Source: an uncultured Gammaproteobacteria bacterium (GTDB lineage Bacteria; Patescibacteriota; Patescibacteriia; UBA11705; JABHMO01). Taken from it: 64,000 nucleotides of DNA. The notes under the pieces are model-generated. The model saw only the letters and a list, made by a program, of their open reading frames with translations, searched no databases and had not been told where the DNA came from. A program made the translations under genes and the position numbers. The stretch lies in the NCBI GenBank assembly GCA_964486065.1, contig CAZAKN010000003.1:18559-82558 (forward strand), given 5' to 3'. Below, piece after piece: positions 25,573 to 36,071 of the stretch; position 1 is the first letter of the stretch, and the number at the start of each line of letters is the position of its first letter.

Positions 25573-25708
25573 ATCCCTCTTGCAAACATTTTATTTTGTG
25601 ATATAATTCTTTGTGCTCTTATTAGCTTAATTTAATAAAAATAATTAATCAGGCGACTGGATTGTAACTCTGTCAAAAGGCAGAGGTCGCCCTATGGAGA
25701 ATAAAAAC

Positions 25709-26902
25709 ATGGCAGAAGCATTTGATCGCTCAAAACCACATGTAAACATTGGTACCATTGGTCACGTTGATCATGGTAAAACTACATTAACTGCCGCTAT
25801 CTTGAAAGTTTTATTGTCAAAAGGTGGCGTAGCACAAGATAAAAGTGTTGACCAAATTGATTCAGCACCTGAAGAAAAAGAAAGAGGTATTACAATCGCC
25901 ACAGCTCATGTGGAATATCAAACAGAAAAAAGACATTATGCTCATGTTGATTGCCCTGGACATGCCGATTATGTAAAAAACATGATTACAGGTGCCGCTC
26001 AAATGGATGGAGCTATCTTGGTGGTAGCCGCTACTGACGGACCTATGCCACAAACTCGCGAACACATTTTGTTGGCAAAACAAGTTGGTGTTCCATCAAT
26101 TGTGGTATTTTTAAATAAAGTTGATTTGGTTGATGATAAAGATTTAATTGATTTGGTAGAAGAAGAAGTTAGAGAATTGTTAACCAAATATGAATTCCCC
26201 GGATCTGATACCCCGATTATTCGCGGATCAGCATTGAAAGCTTTGGAAAATCCAACAGATGAAGCTACCGCTAAACCTATTTATGAATTAATGGAAGCAT
26301 GTGATTCATTTATTCCGGAACCGGTTAGAGATGTTGATCAAACTTTCTTGATGCCGATTGAAGATGTTTTTTCAATTGAAGGTCGTGGAACTGTGGTTAC
26401 TGGTAGAGTTGAAAGAGGTGTTGTGAAAGTCGGAGAAGAAATTGAAATTGTTGGTATTAAAGACACTACCAAAACAACCGTCACCGGCGTGGAAATGTTC
26501 AATAAGTCTTTGGATGAAGGAAGAGCTGGAGATAATGCTGGTATTTTATTGCGTGGTACTAAGAAGGACGAAGTTGAAAGAGGACAAGTTTTGGCAAAAC
26601 CTGGGACTGTTACTCCTCATACCGAATTTGAAGCTGAAGTTTATGTTTTGAATAAAGACGAAGGTGGAAGACATAAACCATTTTTCAAAGGTTATAAACC
26701 GCAATTTTATATCAGAACTACCGATGTTACCGGAGAAATTGAATTGCCGGAAGGCACGGAAATGGTTATGCCCGGAGACACTATTAATAACTTAAAAGTT
26801 AAATTGATTACCCCGGTTGCATTGGAAGAATCGCAAAGATTTGCTATTCGTGAAGGTGGTAGAACTATCGGTGCGGGAGTAATTTCCAAAATTATTAAAT
26901 AA
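25709..26902 (+). CDS. tuf: elongation factor Tu
   Basis: [18 protein letters not shown]; start moved to the conserved MAEAF... Confidence 0.95.
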   Translation: MAEAFDRSKPHVNIGTIGHVDHGKTTLTAAILKVLLSKGGVAQDKSVDQIDSAPEEKERGITIATAHVEYQTEKRHYAHVDCPGHADYVKNMITGAAQMDGAILVVAATDGPMPQTREHILLAKQVGVPSIVVFLNKVDLVDDKDLIDLVEEEVRELLTKYEFPGSDTPIIRGSALKALENPTDEATAKPIYELMEACDSFIPEPVRDVDQTFLMPIEDVFSIEGRGTVVTGRVERGVVKVGEEIEIVGIKDTTKTTVTGVEMFNKSLDEGRAGDNAGILLRGTKKDEVERGQVLAKPGTVTPHTEFEAEVYVLNKDEGGRHKPFFKGYKPQFYIRTTDVTGEIELPEGTEMVMPGDTINNLKVKLITPVALEESQRFAIREGGRTIGAGVISKIIK

Positions 26903-26908
26903 TTCACA

Positions 26909-27247
26909 ATGACTGGAAAAAAGGAAAATCAATCAGTAGACGGTTTACAAAGAGTAAGGATCAAGATCAAAGCTTTTGATCATAAAATTATTGATCAATC
27001 TACTCGTACAATTATTGAAGCCGGAGAAAGAACCGGAGCCAGTATTAAAGGCCCGATTCCTTTACCCGTGGAAATAAAAAAGTACACCGTAAATCGTTCA
27101 ACTTTTGTTCATAAAGATGCCAGAGATCAATATGAAATGCGCATCCACAAAAGACTGATTGATATCGTAAATCCAAACGAAAAAACCATTGATTCATTGA
27201 TGAATTTGAACTTGCCTGCTGGGGTTGACATTGAGATAAAGATGTAA
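26909..27247 (+). CDS. rpsJ: 30S ribosomal protein S10
   Basis: [15 protein letters not shown]. Confidence 0.9.
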   Translation: MTGKKENQSVDGLQRVRIKIKAFDHKIIDQSTRTIIEAGERTGASIKGPIPLPVEIKKYTVNRSTFVHKDARDQYEMRIHKRLIDIVNPNEKTIDSLMNLNLPAGVDIEIKM

Positions 27248-27351
27248 TAGAATTTTACTACCCGAAAGGCTGTGATGCTTGATAATTTCAAATGCATTTA
27301 TGCAAGATGCGACTTGATAAACAGGTTGACTTAAATATTACCGGTAATTTA

Positions 27352-27380
27352 AGGACCGGGCGTTAAGTCCGGTCCTTTTG
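27352..27380 (+). terminator. hairpin plus T-run (aggaccggg-cgttaagt-ccggtcct-tttt) between rpsJ and rplC
   Basis: 9-bp GC-rich stem followed by TTTT; candidate internal attenuator. Confidence 0.5.
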
Positions 27381-27393
27381 ATTATATTAAAAT

Positions 27394-28251
27394 ATGAAAT
27401 TCATTATAGGTAAAAAACAAGAAATGACGCAGTACTTCAAAGAAGATGGTACTGTTGTACCCGTAACCAGAGTGGTTGCCGGTCCTTGTTTTGTTACCGT
27501 AAAAAAAGATTACGAAAAAGATGGATATAGATCCGTGCAATTAGCTTGGGGAGAAAAAAAAGAAAAAAATACCAATAAAGCTTTACGCGGATTTTTTAAA
27601 AAATTAAACTTGGCAAATGCCCAAAAAGTTAAAGAATTCAGATTGGATAAGGATGATACCATGTTTGAAAAAATAAATGCTGGAGAAAAAATTGATGTGG
27701 GAATTTTTCAAGCGGGAGATATTGCAAAAATTCAAGGCATTTCCAAAGGTAAAGGTTTTCAAGGTGTAGTGAAAAGACATGGATTTAGTGGTAGCCCAGC
27801 AAGCCATGGTCATAAAGATCAGTTGCGCATGCCCGGTTCGGTGGGTGCTACGGGACCGGCCAGAGTTTTTAAAGGAACCAGAATGGGGGGTCGCATGGGC
27901 GGAGAAAATGTTACTGTGTTTAATTTGGAAATTGTTGATGTTAAAGCTGAAAACAATGAATTATTTATTAAAGGAGCGGTCCCAGGGGCTTATAATAGTG
28001 AAATTTTTATAACAGCGGAAGGCGAATTTGAACCACAAAAGACTGAAGAAAAAAAAGATGATAAAAATAATAATCAAGAAGAAAAAGCTACTAAAGAAAA
28101 ACAAGAAAATGATAATGATAAGAAATCAAATCAGGATTTAGAGCAATCTCCCGCGGTAGCGGAACAAAATTCTGAAGAAATAAAACACGAAAAAGTTGAA
28201 AACCAAGAAGAAAAGAGAACTGATAACGAGGAAAAAAAGGAAAGTAAATAA
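27394..28251 (+). CDS. rplC: 50S ribosomal protein L3 with a ~80-aa K/E-rich C-terminal extension
   Basis: L3 core (GFQGVVKRHGF...); tail EPQKTEEKKDDKNNNQEEK... Confidence 0.9.
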   Translation: MKFIIGKKQEMTQYFKEDGTVVPVTRVVAGPCFVTVKKDYEKDGYRSVQLAWGEKKEKNTNKALRGFFKKLNLANAQKVKEFRLDKDDTMFEKINAGEKIDVGIFQAGDIAKIQGISKGKGFQGVVKRHGFSGSPASHGHKDQLRMPGSVGATGPARVFKGTRMGGRMGGENVTVFNLEIVDVKAENNELFIKGAVPGAYNSEIFITAEGEFEPQKTEEKKDDKNNNQEEKATKEKQENDNDKKSNQDLEQSPAVAEQNSEEIKHEKVENQEEKRTDNEEKKESK

Positions 28252-28253
28252 AT

Positions 28254-28886
28254 ATGGCCAAAGCAAATTTATATAATGCAAAAGGTGAAAAACAAGGGGA
28301 AGTGGATTTAAACCCCGCAGTTTTTGAAGTAAAGATCAATGAAAATTTAGTTCACCAAGCTTTGGTTGCGATTTTAGCGAATTCAAGATATAATTTTGCT
28401 CATACAAAAGATAGAAGTGATGTTCGTGGTGGAGGCAAGAAACCTTGGAGGCAAAAAGGAACTGGGCGCGCCAGAGTGGGTTCAAACAGATCACCGTTAT
28501 GGAAGGGGGGAGGTGTTACTTTCGGTCCTGCTTGTAATGTAAATTTTGCCAAAAAGTTAAATAAAAAAATGCGAGCTAAAGCTTTGCTGATGATTTTATC
28601 CGATAGAGCTGAAAACGGTAATGTGGCGATAATTAGCGAATTGTCCATGGAAAAACCACAAACTTTTCAAATGGTGGAACTTTTGAAAAGGATTGAAATG
28701 CCGAAAAAAACTTTGTTGGTTATTGATAAAATGGAAGAAAATATTTTCAAATCAATCAGAAACTATGAAAACGCGGAAGTTTTGGCTGCTAACAGTTTAA
28801 ATGTAAAGGATTTGTTGAACAATGAAAATGTAGTGTTTACTCAAGCCGCGTTACCGATAATTGAAAAAAATTATTTGATAAAATAG
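28254..28886 (+). CDS. rplD: 50S ribosomal protein L4
   Basis: KPWRQKGTGRAR. Confidence 0.9.
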   Translation: MAKANLYNAKGEKQGEVDLNPAVFEVKINENLVHQALVAILANSRYNFAHTKDRSDVRGGGKKPWRQKGTGRARVGSNRSPLWKGGGVTFGPACNVNFAKKLNKKMRAKALLMILSDRAENGNVAIISELSMEKPQTFQMVELLKRIEMPKKTLLVIDKMEENIFKSIRNYENAEVLAANSLNVKDLLNNENVVFTQAALPIIEKNYLIK

Positions 28887-28887
28887 T

Positions 28888-29274
28888 ATGAGTGCTTTAA
28901 CAGATAAAAAAACAGAAGATAAAAATACAAAAAGTGTGGAAAAAACAGCTAATGTTAAAGTTGCTTCAAAAACACAAAAAAAACAAGATGAAAATGTAAG
29001 CAAAATATTATTGGCTCCGTATATTACCGAAAAAGCTACGGATCAAGCTGCTTTAAACAAATATACTTTTATTGTAGCTCCTAATGTAAATAAAAACGAA
29101 GTTATTAAAAAAGTGAAAAATTTATACGGAGTTAATCCGATAAAAGTAAATTTTATTTATAAACCGGGTAAAAAAGTCAGATATGGCAGAAAATTCAGTC
29201 AAAGATCCAGTTTGAAAAAAGCAATTGTTACTTTGCCGCAAGGTGAAAACATTGAATTGTACGAAGGAGTATAA
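28888..29274 (+). CDS. rplW: 50S ribosomal protein L23 (K-rich N-terminal extension)
   Basis: L23 core ILLAPYITEKAT. Confidence 0.85.
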   Translation: MSALTDKKTEDKNTKSVEKTANVKVASKTQKKQDENVSKILLAPYITEKATDQAALNKYTFIVAPNVNKNEVIKKVKNLYGVNPIKVNFIYKPGKKVRYGRKFSQRSSLKKAIVTLPQGENIELYEGV

Positions 29275-29286
29275 ATTAAATAGAAT

Positions 29287-30132
29287 ATGTCTATCAAAGT
29301 TTATAAACCGATCAGTAATGCCAGACGCCAGATGAGTATGGTGGATTATTCAGATATCGCAAAAAAAAGACCGGAAAAATCTTTAATTAAGATAATTAAA
29401 AAAAATGCAGGAAGAAATTCTCAGGGGAGAATCACGGTAAGACACAGAGGCGGAGGAAGTAAAAGATTTTATAGAATAATTGATTTTAAAAGAGATAAAT
29501 TTGATATTCCTGCAAAAGTTGAAGCGTTTGAATACGATCCGAACCGTTCCGCCAAGATTGCGTTGCTTAAATATAAAGATGGAGAGAAAAGATATATAAT
29601 CGCTCCGGCTGAATTGAAGGTTAATGATGAATTGATTTCTTCAAAATCAAAAGTAAAAATAAAACCCGGAAACAGTACCACTTTGGAAAATGTACCAATA
29701 GGGTCATTTGTTCATAATATCGAAATGGTTCCGGGAAGAGGCGCTGCTATCGCCAGATCCGCCGGTAATTGGGCCAAACTAATGGCCGTGGAAGGAAAAT
29801 ACGCTCAATTGAGAATGCCTTCAACGGAAATAAGATTGGTTCCCAAAGAATCAATGGCAACTATCGGTCAAGTGGGTACTTCTGAGCACATGCATATTAA
29901 AATCGGAAAAGCCGGAAGAAAAAGACATATGGGTTGGAGACCGGTTGTCAGAGGTAAAGCCATGAATCCTTGTGATCATCCTCATGGCGGTGGAGAAGGA
30001 GGTTGTCCGATCGGATTAAAACATCCCAAGACGCCTTGGGGGAAACCAGCCATGGGTTATATTACCAGGAAAAAGAATAAGTCGTCAGATAAGATGATAA
30101 TCACCAGAAGAAAAAAGAAAAAAAGGAAATAG
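29287..30132 (+). CDS. rplB: 50S ribosomal protein L2
   Basis: L2 C-terminal GGGEG motif. Confidence 0.95.
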   Translation: MSIKVYKPISNARRQMSMVDYSDIAKKRPEKSLIKIIKKNAGRNSQGRITVRHRGGGSKRFYRIIDFKRDKFDIPAKVEAFEYDPNRSAKIALLKYKDGEKRYIIAPAELKVNDELISSKSKVKIKPGNSTTLENVPIGSFVHNIEMVPGRGAAIARSAGNWAKLMAVEGKYAQLRMPSTEIRLVPKESMATIGQVGTSEHMHIKIGKAGRKRHMGWRPVVRGKAMNPCDHPHGGGEGGCPIGLKHPKTPWGKPAMGYITRKKNKSSDKMIITRRKKKKRK

Positions 30133-30150
30133 TGTTAATAAGTATTCATT

Positions 30151-30432
30151 ATGTCAAGAAGTATAAAAAAAGGACCATTTATTGATCAACGGTTACTGAA
30201 AAAGGTGGCTAATTTGAAGCAGGGCGATAAAACGGTTATAAAAACTTGGTCCAGAGCCGCGATTATTACTCCGGAAATGGTTGGATTTACTTTCGGTGTG
30301 CATAATGGTAAAAACCATATTGAAGTTTATGTTGTGGAAGATATGGTTGGTCATAAATTAGGCGAGTTTTCGCCGACAAGAACATTTAGAAGTCATGGAG
30401 GTAAAATGGCTAAAGCGCAAGCTAAAAAATAA
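30151..30432 (+). CDS. rpsS: 30S ribosomal protein S19
   Basis: [10 protein letters not shown]. Confidence 0.95.
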   Translation: MSRSIKKGPFIDQRLLKKVANLKQGDKTVIKTWSRAAIITPEMVGFTFGVHNGKNHIEVYVVEDMVGHKLGEFSPTRTFRSHGGKMAKAQAKK

Positions 30433-30437
30433 ATAGT

Positions 30438-31031
30438 ATGGAATTTAAAGCAAAAGCAAAAAATATTAGAATTTCTCCTAGGAAAACCAGATTGGTTGTT
30501 GATGTGGTGCGTGGTTTGGATGTGGAAGAAGCTTTGAATAGACTTGATTTGTTGCGTAAAAAAGCAGTCAAACCGGTGGCTAAATTGATTAATTCTTCAA
30601 TTGCTAACGCAGAACATAGTTTTAACGCTGAAAAAAATAATTTATTTATAAAAACAATTAAAGTTGATGAAGGACCGACTCTTTATAGATGGATGCCGAG
30701 AGCTCACGGGAGAGCTACTCCTTTGAGAAAAAAGACAAGTATAATTTCATTGATTTTGGACGAAAAAGTTCCGACTGTTGAAGCGAAAAAAGATAAATCA
30801 AAGAAACCGGAAGCGGTTAAGGTACAGAAAGTAAAAGGATCCGAACCTGTTGAAAAAGTGGCTGATGATAAAGAAAGAATTAACGAAGAATTGAAAAGTG
30901 AAAAGACCAATATTGAAGGATATGATCACAAAAGAAAAGGAGGCTTTAGAGATGTAAAGAGTCAAGAGAAAGATAGCAAAAAAGAAAAAGGATTTTTAAA
31001 TAAGGTATTTAGAAGAAAATCCGGGATGTAA
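30438..31031 (+). CDS. rplV: 50S ribosomal protein L22 with a ~85-aa K/E-rich C-terminal extension
   Basis: L22 core plus a basic/acidic tail. Confidence 0.9.
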   Translation: MEFKAKAKNIRISPRKTRLVVDVVRGLDVEEALNRLDLLRKKAVKPVAKLINSSIANAEHSFNAEKNNLFIKTIKVDEGPTLYRWMPRAHGRATPLRKKTSIISLILDEKVPTVEAKKDKSKKPEAVKVQKVKGSEPVEKVADDKERINEELKSEKTNIEGYDHKRKGGFRDVKSQEKDSKKEKGFLNKVFRRKSGM

Positions 31032-31054
31032 TAAATATTCCAAAATGGAAATCT

Positions 31055-31735
31055 ATGGGAAAAAAGATTAATCCAAAAGTATTAAGAATAAAGAAAATCA
31101 AAACCTGGGATTCCAGATGGTTTTCTGATAAAAACTACCAGTTATTTTTGGAGGCTGATATTAAATTGAAAAAATTTTTGCATAAAAAATTGGAAGCCGC
31201 TTTTATTGGCGATATAAATATTGAAAGAACTGAAAAAGAAGTTAATGTTGTTATTTATGCGGCTCGTCCCGGTGTGATTATCGGTAGAGGAGGAAGCAGT
31301 ATTGAGGATTTGAAAAAGGAAATTTCCCGAAAATTTATCAAAAATCCGAAAATAAATGTTAAATTGAATATTAAAGAAGTTGAAAATCAAAGCTTGGATG
31401 CAAGAGTTATCGCTCAAAGTATAAAATTGGATATTGAAAAAAGAATGCCTTTTCGTAGGGCAATGAAGCAAGCTGTTTCTCGCGTGGAAAGAGCCAGAGC
31501 CAAAGGTGTTAAAATTCAATTATCTGGAAGATTAAATGGAGTTGAAATAGCGCGTTCAGAAAAATTGATTTCCGGAAAAGTGCCTTTACATACTTTTAGA
31601 GCGGACATTGATTACGCTTTCGTGGAGGCAAATACCATTTATGGTGTAATCGGAATAAAAGTTTGGATTTATCGTGGAGATATTTTTAATAAGAAAAAGG
31701 AGGAAAAAAATGATACTAAAAAAAAGAAACAATAG
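31055..31735 (+). CDS. rpsC: 30S ribosomal protein S3
   Basis: KH domain; S3 sequence. Confidence 0.95.
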   Translation: MGKKINPKVLRIKKIKTWDSRWFSDKNYQLFLEADIKLKKFLHKKLEAAFIGDINIERTEKEVNVVIYAARPGVIIGRGGSSIEDLKKEISRKFIKNPKINVKLNIKEVENQSLDARVIAQSIKLDIEKRMPFRRAMKQAVSRVERARAKGVKIQLSGRLNGVEIARSEKLISGKVPLHTFRADIDYAFVEANTIYGVIGIKVWIYRGDIFNKKKEEKNDTKKKKQ

Positions 31736-31743
31736 TTTGATAT

Positions 31744-32160
31744 ATGTTGATGCCAAGAAAACAAAAACATAGAAAATGGCAAAAGGGTAGAGGCAGAAAA
31801 GGAAACTCAGTCGCCACGAGAAATACGGAAATTAATTTTGGTGAATTTGGATTAAAGGCCACTACCGGAGCTTGGATTTCTTCCAAGCAAATCGAATCGG
31901 CCAGAAGAGCAATGACCAGATATATTAAACGCGGAGGTAAGATTTGGATTAAGATATTTCCGGATAAACCGGTTACAGCAAAGGGGGCTCAGGCTACCAT
32001 GGGAAGCGGAAAAGGAAATCCGGAATACTTTGTTGCCGTAGTTAAACCCGGTACTGTAATATTTGAAATGCAAGGCGTAGCTGAAGATTCGGCTAAGGAA
32101 GCTATGCGGTTGGCGGGACATAAATTGCCAGTAAAAACCAAATTCATTGTTAAAGGTTAA
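31744..32160 (+). CDS. rplP: 50S ribosomal protein L16
   Basis: L16 family. Confidence 0.9.
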   Translation: MLMPRKQKHRKWQKGRGRKGNSVATRNTEINFGEFGLKATTGAWISSKQIESARRAMTRYIKRGGKIWIKIFPDKPVTAKGAQATMGSGKGNPEYFVAVVKPGTVIFEMQGVAEDSAKEAMRLAGHKLPVKTKFIVKG

Positions 32161-32163
32161 ATT

Positions 32164-32352
32164 ATGAAATTAAAAGAATTAAAAGAAAAAAATAATGGTC
32201 AGCTGGAAAAGCTTTTAATGGAATTGTCTGCCAAAAAGCAAGAGTTAAATTTTAAAATTGCCGTAAGCCAAATTAAAAATATAAGAGAGATAAGAGAAGT
32301 TAAAAAAAATATTGCTCAAATTAACACTTTATTAAAAGAGCGCGAAAAATAA
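32164..32352 (+). CDS. rpmC: 50S ribosomal protein L29
   Basis: Size, position and helical sequence. Confidence 0.85.
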   Translation: MKLKELKEKNNGQLEKLLMELSAKKQELNFKIAVSQIKNIREIREVKKNIAQINTLLKEREK

Positions 32353-32355
32353 TTT

Positions 32356-32616
32356 ATGTCAGATAACGAAAACAACAAAATAACCAGAAAATTTATCGGT
32401 GTTGTATCCAGTAATAAGATGGATAAAACCGTAGTGGTTAAGATTGAAAAAAAAGTTCAACATAAAGTTTATAAAAAATTGATTAAATTTAGTAAAAGTT
32501 TTAAAGTTCATGATGAAAAAAACGAAGCTAAGGTTGGTGATAGAGTTGTTTTCCAAGAGTGCCGACCTTTAAGTAAAGAAAAAAGATGGAGAATTGTTGA
32601 AATATTGAAAAAGTAA
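32356..32616 (+). CDS. rpsQ: 30S ribosomal protein S17
   Basis: S17 OB fold. Confidence 0.9.
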   Translation: MSDNENNKITRKFIGVVSSNKMDKTVVVKIEKKVQHKVYKKLIKFSKSFKVHDEKNEAKVGDRVVFQECRPLSKEKRWRIVEILKK

Positions 32617-32632
32617 TCAACTATAACTATAT

Positions 32633-33004
32633 ATGATACAGCATAGATCAATCTTAAAATCAGCTGATAATACGGGAGCAAAAAGAATCCAATGTATTAA
32701 AGTTTTGGGAGGATACAAAAAGAGATATGCAAGAATTGGAGATATTATTACTATCAGTATAAAAGAAGCAAAGCCGCATAGCATGGTTAAAAAGGGAGAA
32801 GTTTTGCACGCGGTTGTTGTCCGAACCAAAAAAGAAACCCGTAGAGAGGATGGTTCATATATTAGATTTGATGAAAATGCGGTAGTTATAATTGATAAAA
32901 ATAATAAAGACCCCAAAGGAACTCGTATTTTCGGTCCCATTGCCAGAGAAGTCAGAAAAAAGGGTTTTAATAAGATTGTGTCTTTGGCACCTGAAGTTTT
33001 ATAA
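32633..33004 (+). CDS. rplN: 50S ribosomal protein L14
   Basis: [17 protein letters not shown]. Confidence 0.95.
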   Translation: MIQHRSILKSADNTGAKRIQCIKVLGGYKKRYARIGDIITISIKEAKPHSMVKKGEVLHAVVVRTKKETRREDGSYIRFDENAVVIIDKNNKDPKGTRIFGPIAREVRKKGFNKIVSLAPEVL

Positions 33005-33013
33005 AAATATAAT

Positions 33014-33373
33014 ATGAAATTAAAAAAGGGAGACAAAGTTCAAATAGTTGCCGGTAAGGACAGAATAAAGACCACCAAATCCGGCACAAAAACCACCAAA
33101 GGAAACCAAGGTAAAGTTTTACAAGTTTTGGTTGATAAAGAAAAAGTTGTGGTTGAAGGTTTGAATTTAAGATATAAACATGTAAGAGCAAGAAAACAAG
33201 GTGAAAAAGGTCAAAAGATTCAATTTCCGGCGGCCATGGATGTTTCCAATGTAATGTTAGTTTGTCCTAAATGTAAAAAAATCACCAGAATTGGATATAA
33301 AGTTTTGGATACTGATGTTAAAGGTAAGAAAAAGGTGAGAATATGTAGAAAATGTAAAGAAGCAATTGATTAA
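33014..33373 (+). CDS. rplX: 50S ribosomal protein L24, Cys4 zinc-ribbon variant of the C-terminal hairpin
   Basis: KOW motif KKGDKVQIVAGKD; C-terminal CPKC...CRKC. Confidence 0.85.
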   Translation: MKLKKGDKVQIVAGKDRIKTTKSGTKTTKGNQGKVLQVLVDKEKVVVEGLNLRYKHVRARKQGEKGQKIQFPAAMDVSNVMLVCPKCKKITRIGYKVLDTDVKGKKKVRICRKCKEAID

Positions 33374-33380
33374 ATATAGT

Positions 33381-33932
33381 ATGAATAATTTGCAAAAAAA
33401 TTATAATGAAAAAGTATTGTCTGAAATGAGGGAAAAATTTGGTATAAAAAATATTATGGCGGTGCCAAGAATTGAAAAAGTGGTTATTAATGTTGGAATC
33501 GGTCAAGGATTAAAAGATAAGGAGTATTTGAAAACCGTTATTAATACATTGACAGCGATTTCAGGGCAGAAACCGGTTGAAACAAAAGCCAGAAAATCAA
33601 TTTCCAATTTTAAAATAAGAGAAGGAATGGTTGTTGGCGCGAAAGTTACTTTGCGCGGTAAGAAGATGTGGGATTTTTTGGAAAAATTGGTAAAGGTAAC
33701 TTTGCCGAGAGTTCGTGATTTTCGTGGTATTTCTCCGGATGCTTTTGATAAAAAGGGTAATTATATTTTAGGATTTAAAGAATATGTGGCTTTTCCTGAA
33801 ATTAAGCAGGATGATATAGAAATTATTCATGGATTGGAAGTATCTATTAATACTACGGCAAATAATAAAGAAGAAGGATTTGCATTATTATCATTTTTGG
33901 GATTTCCTTTTAAAAAGAAAGAAACAAAATAA
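33381..33932 (+). CDS. rplE: 50S ribosomal protein L5
   Basis: RIEKVVINVGIGQ. Confidence 0.9.
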   Translation: MNNLQKNYNEKVLSEMREKFGIKNIMAVPRIEKVVINVGIGQGLKDKEYLKTVINTLTAISGQKPVETKARKSISNFKIREGMVVGAKVTLRGKKMWDFLEKLVKVTLPRVRDFRGISPDAFDKKGNYILGFKEYVAFPEIKQDDIEIIHGLEVSINTTANNKEEGFALLSFLGFPFKKKETK

Positions 33933-33938
33933 ATAAAT

Positions 33939-34124
33939 ATGGCAACTAAAGCTCAAGAAGCAAAATCAAACAGATCTCCCAAGTTTTCAACCAGACAAGT
34001 TAACAGATGTTGGAAATGCGGTAGACGACATGGATACATGAGAAAATTCGGTTTATGCAGAATTTGTTTTAGAGAATTGGCGGAAAGAGGGGAACTTCCC
34101 GGAGTAACCCGTAGTAGCTGGTAA
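33939..34124 (+). CDS. rpsZ: 30S ribosomal protein S14 type Z (zinc-binding)
   Basis: [10 protein letters not shown]...CRIC. Confidence 0.9.
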   Translation: MATKAQEAKSNRSPKFSTRQVNRCWKCGRRHGYMRKFGLCRICFRELAERGELPGVTRSSW

Positions 34125-34145
34125 AAATAATATTATTAAATACTT

Positions 34146-34532
34146 ATGACAGACTCTATCGCCGACATGTTAACAAGAATCAGAAACGCCAGCCGCGTAG
34201 GCAAGGTTAAGGTTTTGATCCCTCATTCAAAATTGAAGTTGGAATTGGCAAAAATTTTAAAAGAAGAAAAATATATTGCCGATTATAAAGAGGTGGAAAA
34301 TAAATTTAAAGAAATTGAAGTTAAATTAAAATACGAAAACGGAAATTCCGTTATCAACAGTATTAAACGAGTAAGTAAACCGGGGCAAAGAATTTATTAT
34401 AATTCTCAAGAATTACCACGAGTATTAAACGGTTACGGCATTTCGGTTGTTTCAACTTCACAAGGAATAATGACAAATAAACAAGCTAGAAAAAATAAAA
34501 TCGGTGGAGAAGTATTATTTGAAATATATTAA
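34146..34532 (+). CDS. rpsH: 30S ribosomal protein S8
   Basis: MTDSIADMLTRIRNA. Confidence 0.95.
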   Translation: MTDSIADMLTRIRNASRVGKVKVLIPHSKLKLELAKILKEEKYIADYKEVENKFKEIEVKLKYENGNSVINSIKRVSKPGQRIYYNSQELPRVLNGYGISVVSTSQGIMTNKQARKNKIGGEVLFEIY

Positions 34533-34540
34533 TTTATTAT

Positions 34541-35089
34541 ATGTCTAGAATCGGTAAACAACCAATTGAGTTACCCTCGGGTGTGGAAGCCAGAGAAGAA
34601 AATGGCACTATTATCGTAAAGGGGCCAAAAGGCGAGCTACAACAAAAATTGCATCCTTTGGTTAAAATTGAATTTGTGGAAAATCAAATTATTGTTAAGG
34701 TTGATTTGCCGGAAGATAATAAACAAAACGCACTTTGGGGATTGTTTAGAAGTTTGGTTTATAATATGGTTCAGGGTGTTACTGAAGGCTTTAAAAAAAA
34801 ATTGGAAATTAACGGTGTAGGGTATAAAGCCAGCGTGAGCGGTAAAAAATTGACTTTAAATGTGGGATATTCGCATCCGGTTGATTTCATGTTGCCACAA
34901 GAAATTGAATGTGAAGTAGAAAAGAATTTAATTACTATAAAAGGAATCAATAAACAACAAGTGGGAGAAGTGGCCGCCAATATCAGAAAAATCAGAAAAC
35001 CGGAACCATATAAAGGAAAAGGAATTAAATATGCCGATGAAATAATCAGGAGAAAAGCCGGAAAAGCGGCAGCTAAGGCGGCATCATAA
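34541..35089 (+). CDS. rplF: 50S ribosomal protein L6
   Basis: [12 protein letters not shown]. Confidence 0.95.
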   Translation: MSRIGKQPIELPSGVEAREENGTIIVKGPKGELQQKLHPLVKIEFVENQIIVKVDLPEDNKQNALWGLFRSLVYNMVQGVTEGFKKKLEINGVGYKASVSGKKLTLNVGYSHPVDFMLPQEIECEVEKNLITIKGINKQQVGEVAANIRKIRKPEPYKGKGIKYADEIIRRKAGKAAAKAAS

Positions 35090-35094
35090 AACAT

Positions 35095-35451
35095 ATGAAT
35101 AAGGAAAAAGCAATTAAAAAAACCAATAAAGCGTTAAGAACAAGAAGAACCAGACAAACATTGAAAGGTAATAACAAAGATTTACCTCGTCTGAGCGTGT
35201 TTAGAAGTTTGAGACATTTAAATGCTCAAATTATAGATGACAACCAAGGAGTAACTTTGTGTGCTGTTTCGGATAAAGAAGCTTCAAAAGGAAAACCTAT
35301 GGAAAAAGCGACTGAATTGGGTAAACTTTTGGCTGAAAAAGCCATGGCTAAAAAAATTAATAAAGTTAAGTTTGATAGAAGTTGTTATAAATATCACGGC
35401 AGAGTGAAAGCATTAGCGGAATCGGCCAGAGAAGCTGGATTGGAAATTTAA
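35095..35451 (+). CDS. rplR: 50S ribosomal protein L18
   Basis: L18 family. Confidence 0.9.
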   Translation: MNKEKAIKKTNKALRTRRTRQTLKGNNKDLPRLSVFRSLRHLNAQIIDDNQGVTLCAVSDKEASKGKPMEKATELGKLLAEKAMAKKINKVKFDRSCYKYHGRVKALAESAREAGLEI

Positions 35452-35469
35452 TCTAATCGTTTAATATTT

Positions 35470-36066
35470 ATGGATAAAGGAAAAAGAAAATTTAAAAAAC
35501 AGGAAAAGCGTGAAGCTCCTGAATTTGATCAAAAAATTGTGGATTTGGCGCGTGTTACTCGTGTAATGGCCGGAGGTAAAAGAATGAAATTCCGAGCTTG
35601 TGTTGCTATTGGAAATAAAAAAGGTCAATTCGGAATAGGTTTGGCCAAAGGTGCGGATGTGGCTATCGCTGTCAATAAAGCCGTTAATAAAGCGCAAAAA
35701 AATATTTTGACCGTTCCGATTATAAAAGAAACAATACCTCATGAAGTATATTTAAAGCATAAAGCCGCTAAATTATTGCTTAAACCTGCACCTAAAGGTA
35801 CGGGAGTAAAGGCGGGTGGTGCGATTCGTGTTGCGTTGGAATTGGCGGGAGTGCCAAATGTCGTGGCAAAAATTTTAGGTACTAATAATAAAATGAACAA
35901 TTTGAATTGTTTAGTGGAAGCGGTGAAAAGTTTTAAAGTTAAACCAATTAAAACAAAGAAGACGGTTGCGTCTGATAATGTGAAACCGGAAAAAGAAGAA
36001 AAAAAATTGAATAAAAGTAATAATAAGAAACCGGAAAAAGAAAATAAACAAGATAAAAAATTGTAA
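35470..36066 (+). CDS. rpsE: 30S ribosomal protein S5 with a K-rich C-terminal extension
   Basis: S5 dsRBD and C-terminal domains; tail KPEKEEKKLNKSNNKKPEKENKQDKKL. Confidence 0.9.
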   Translation: MDKGKRKFKKQEKREAPEFDQKIVDLARVTRVMAGGKRMKFRACVAIGNKKGQFGIGLAKGADVAIAVNKAVNKAQKNILTVPIIKETIPHEVYLKHKAAKLLLKPAPKGTGVKAGGAIRVALELAGVPNVVAKILGTNNKMNNLNCLVEAVKSFKVKPIKTKKTVASDNVKPEKEEKKLNKSNNKKPEKENKQDKKL

Positions 36067-36071
36067 ATGAT

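Noticed and set aside
25573-25708. Possible tRNA gene between the orphan ORF and tuf (tRNAs often precede tuf).
   Set aside because: No cloverleaf could be built: no GTTC-type T-loop and no acceptor-stem complementarity. Only a simple 6-bp stem with a large loop.
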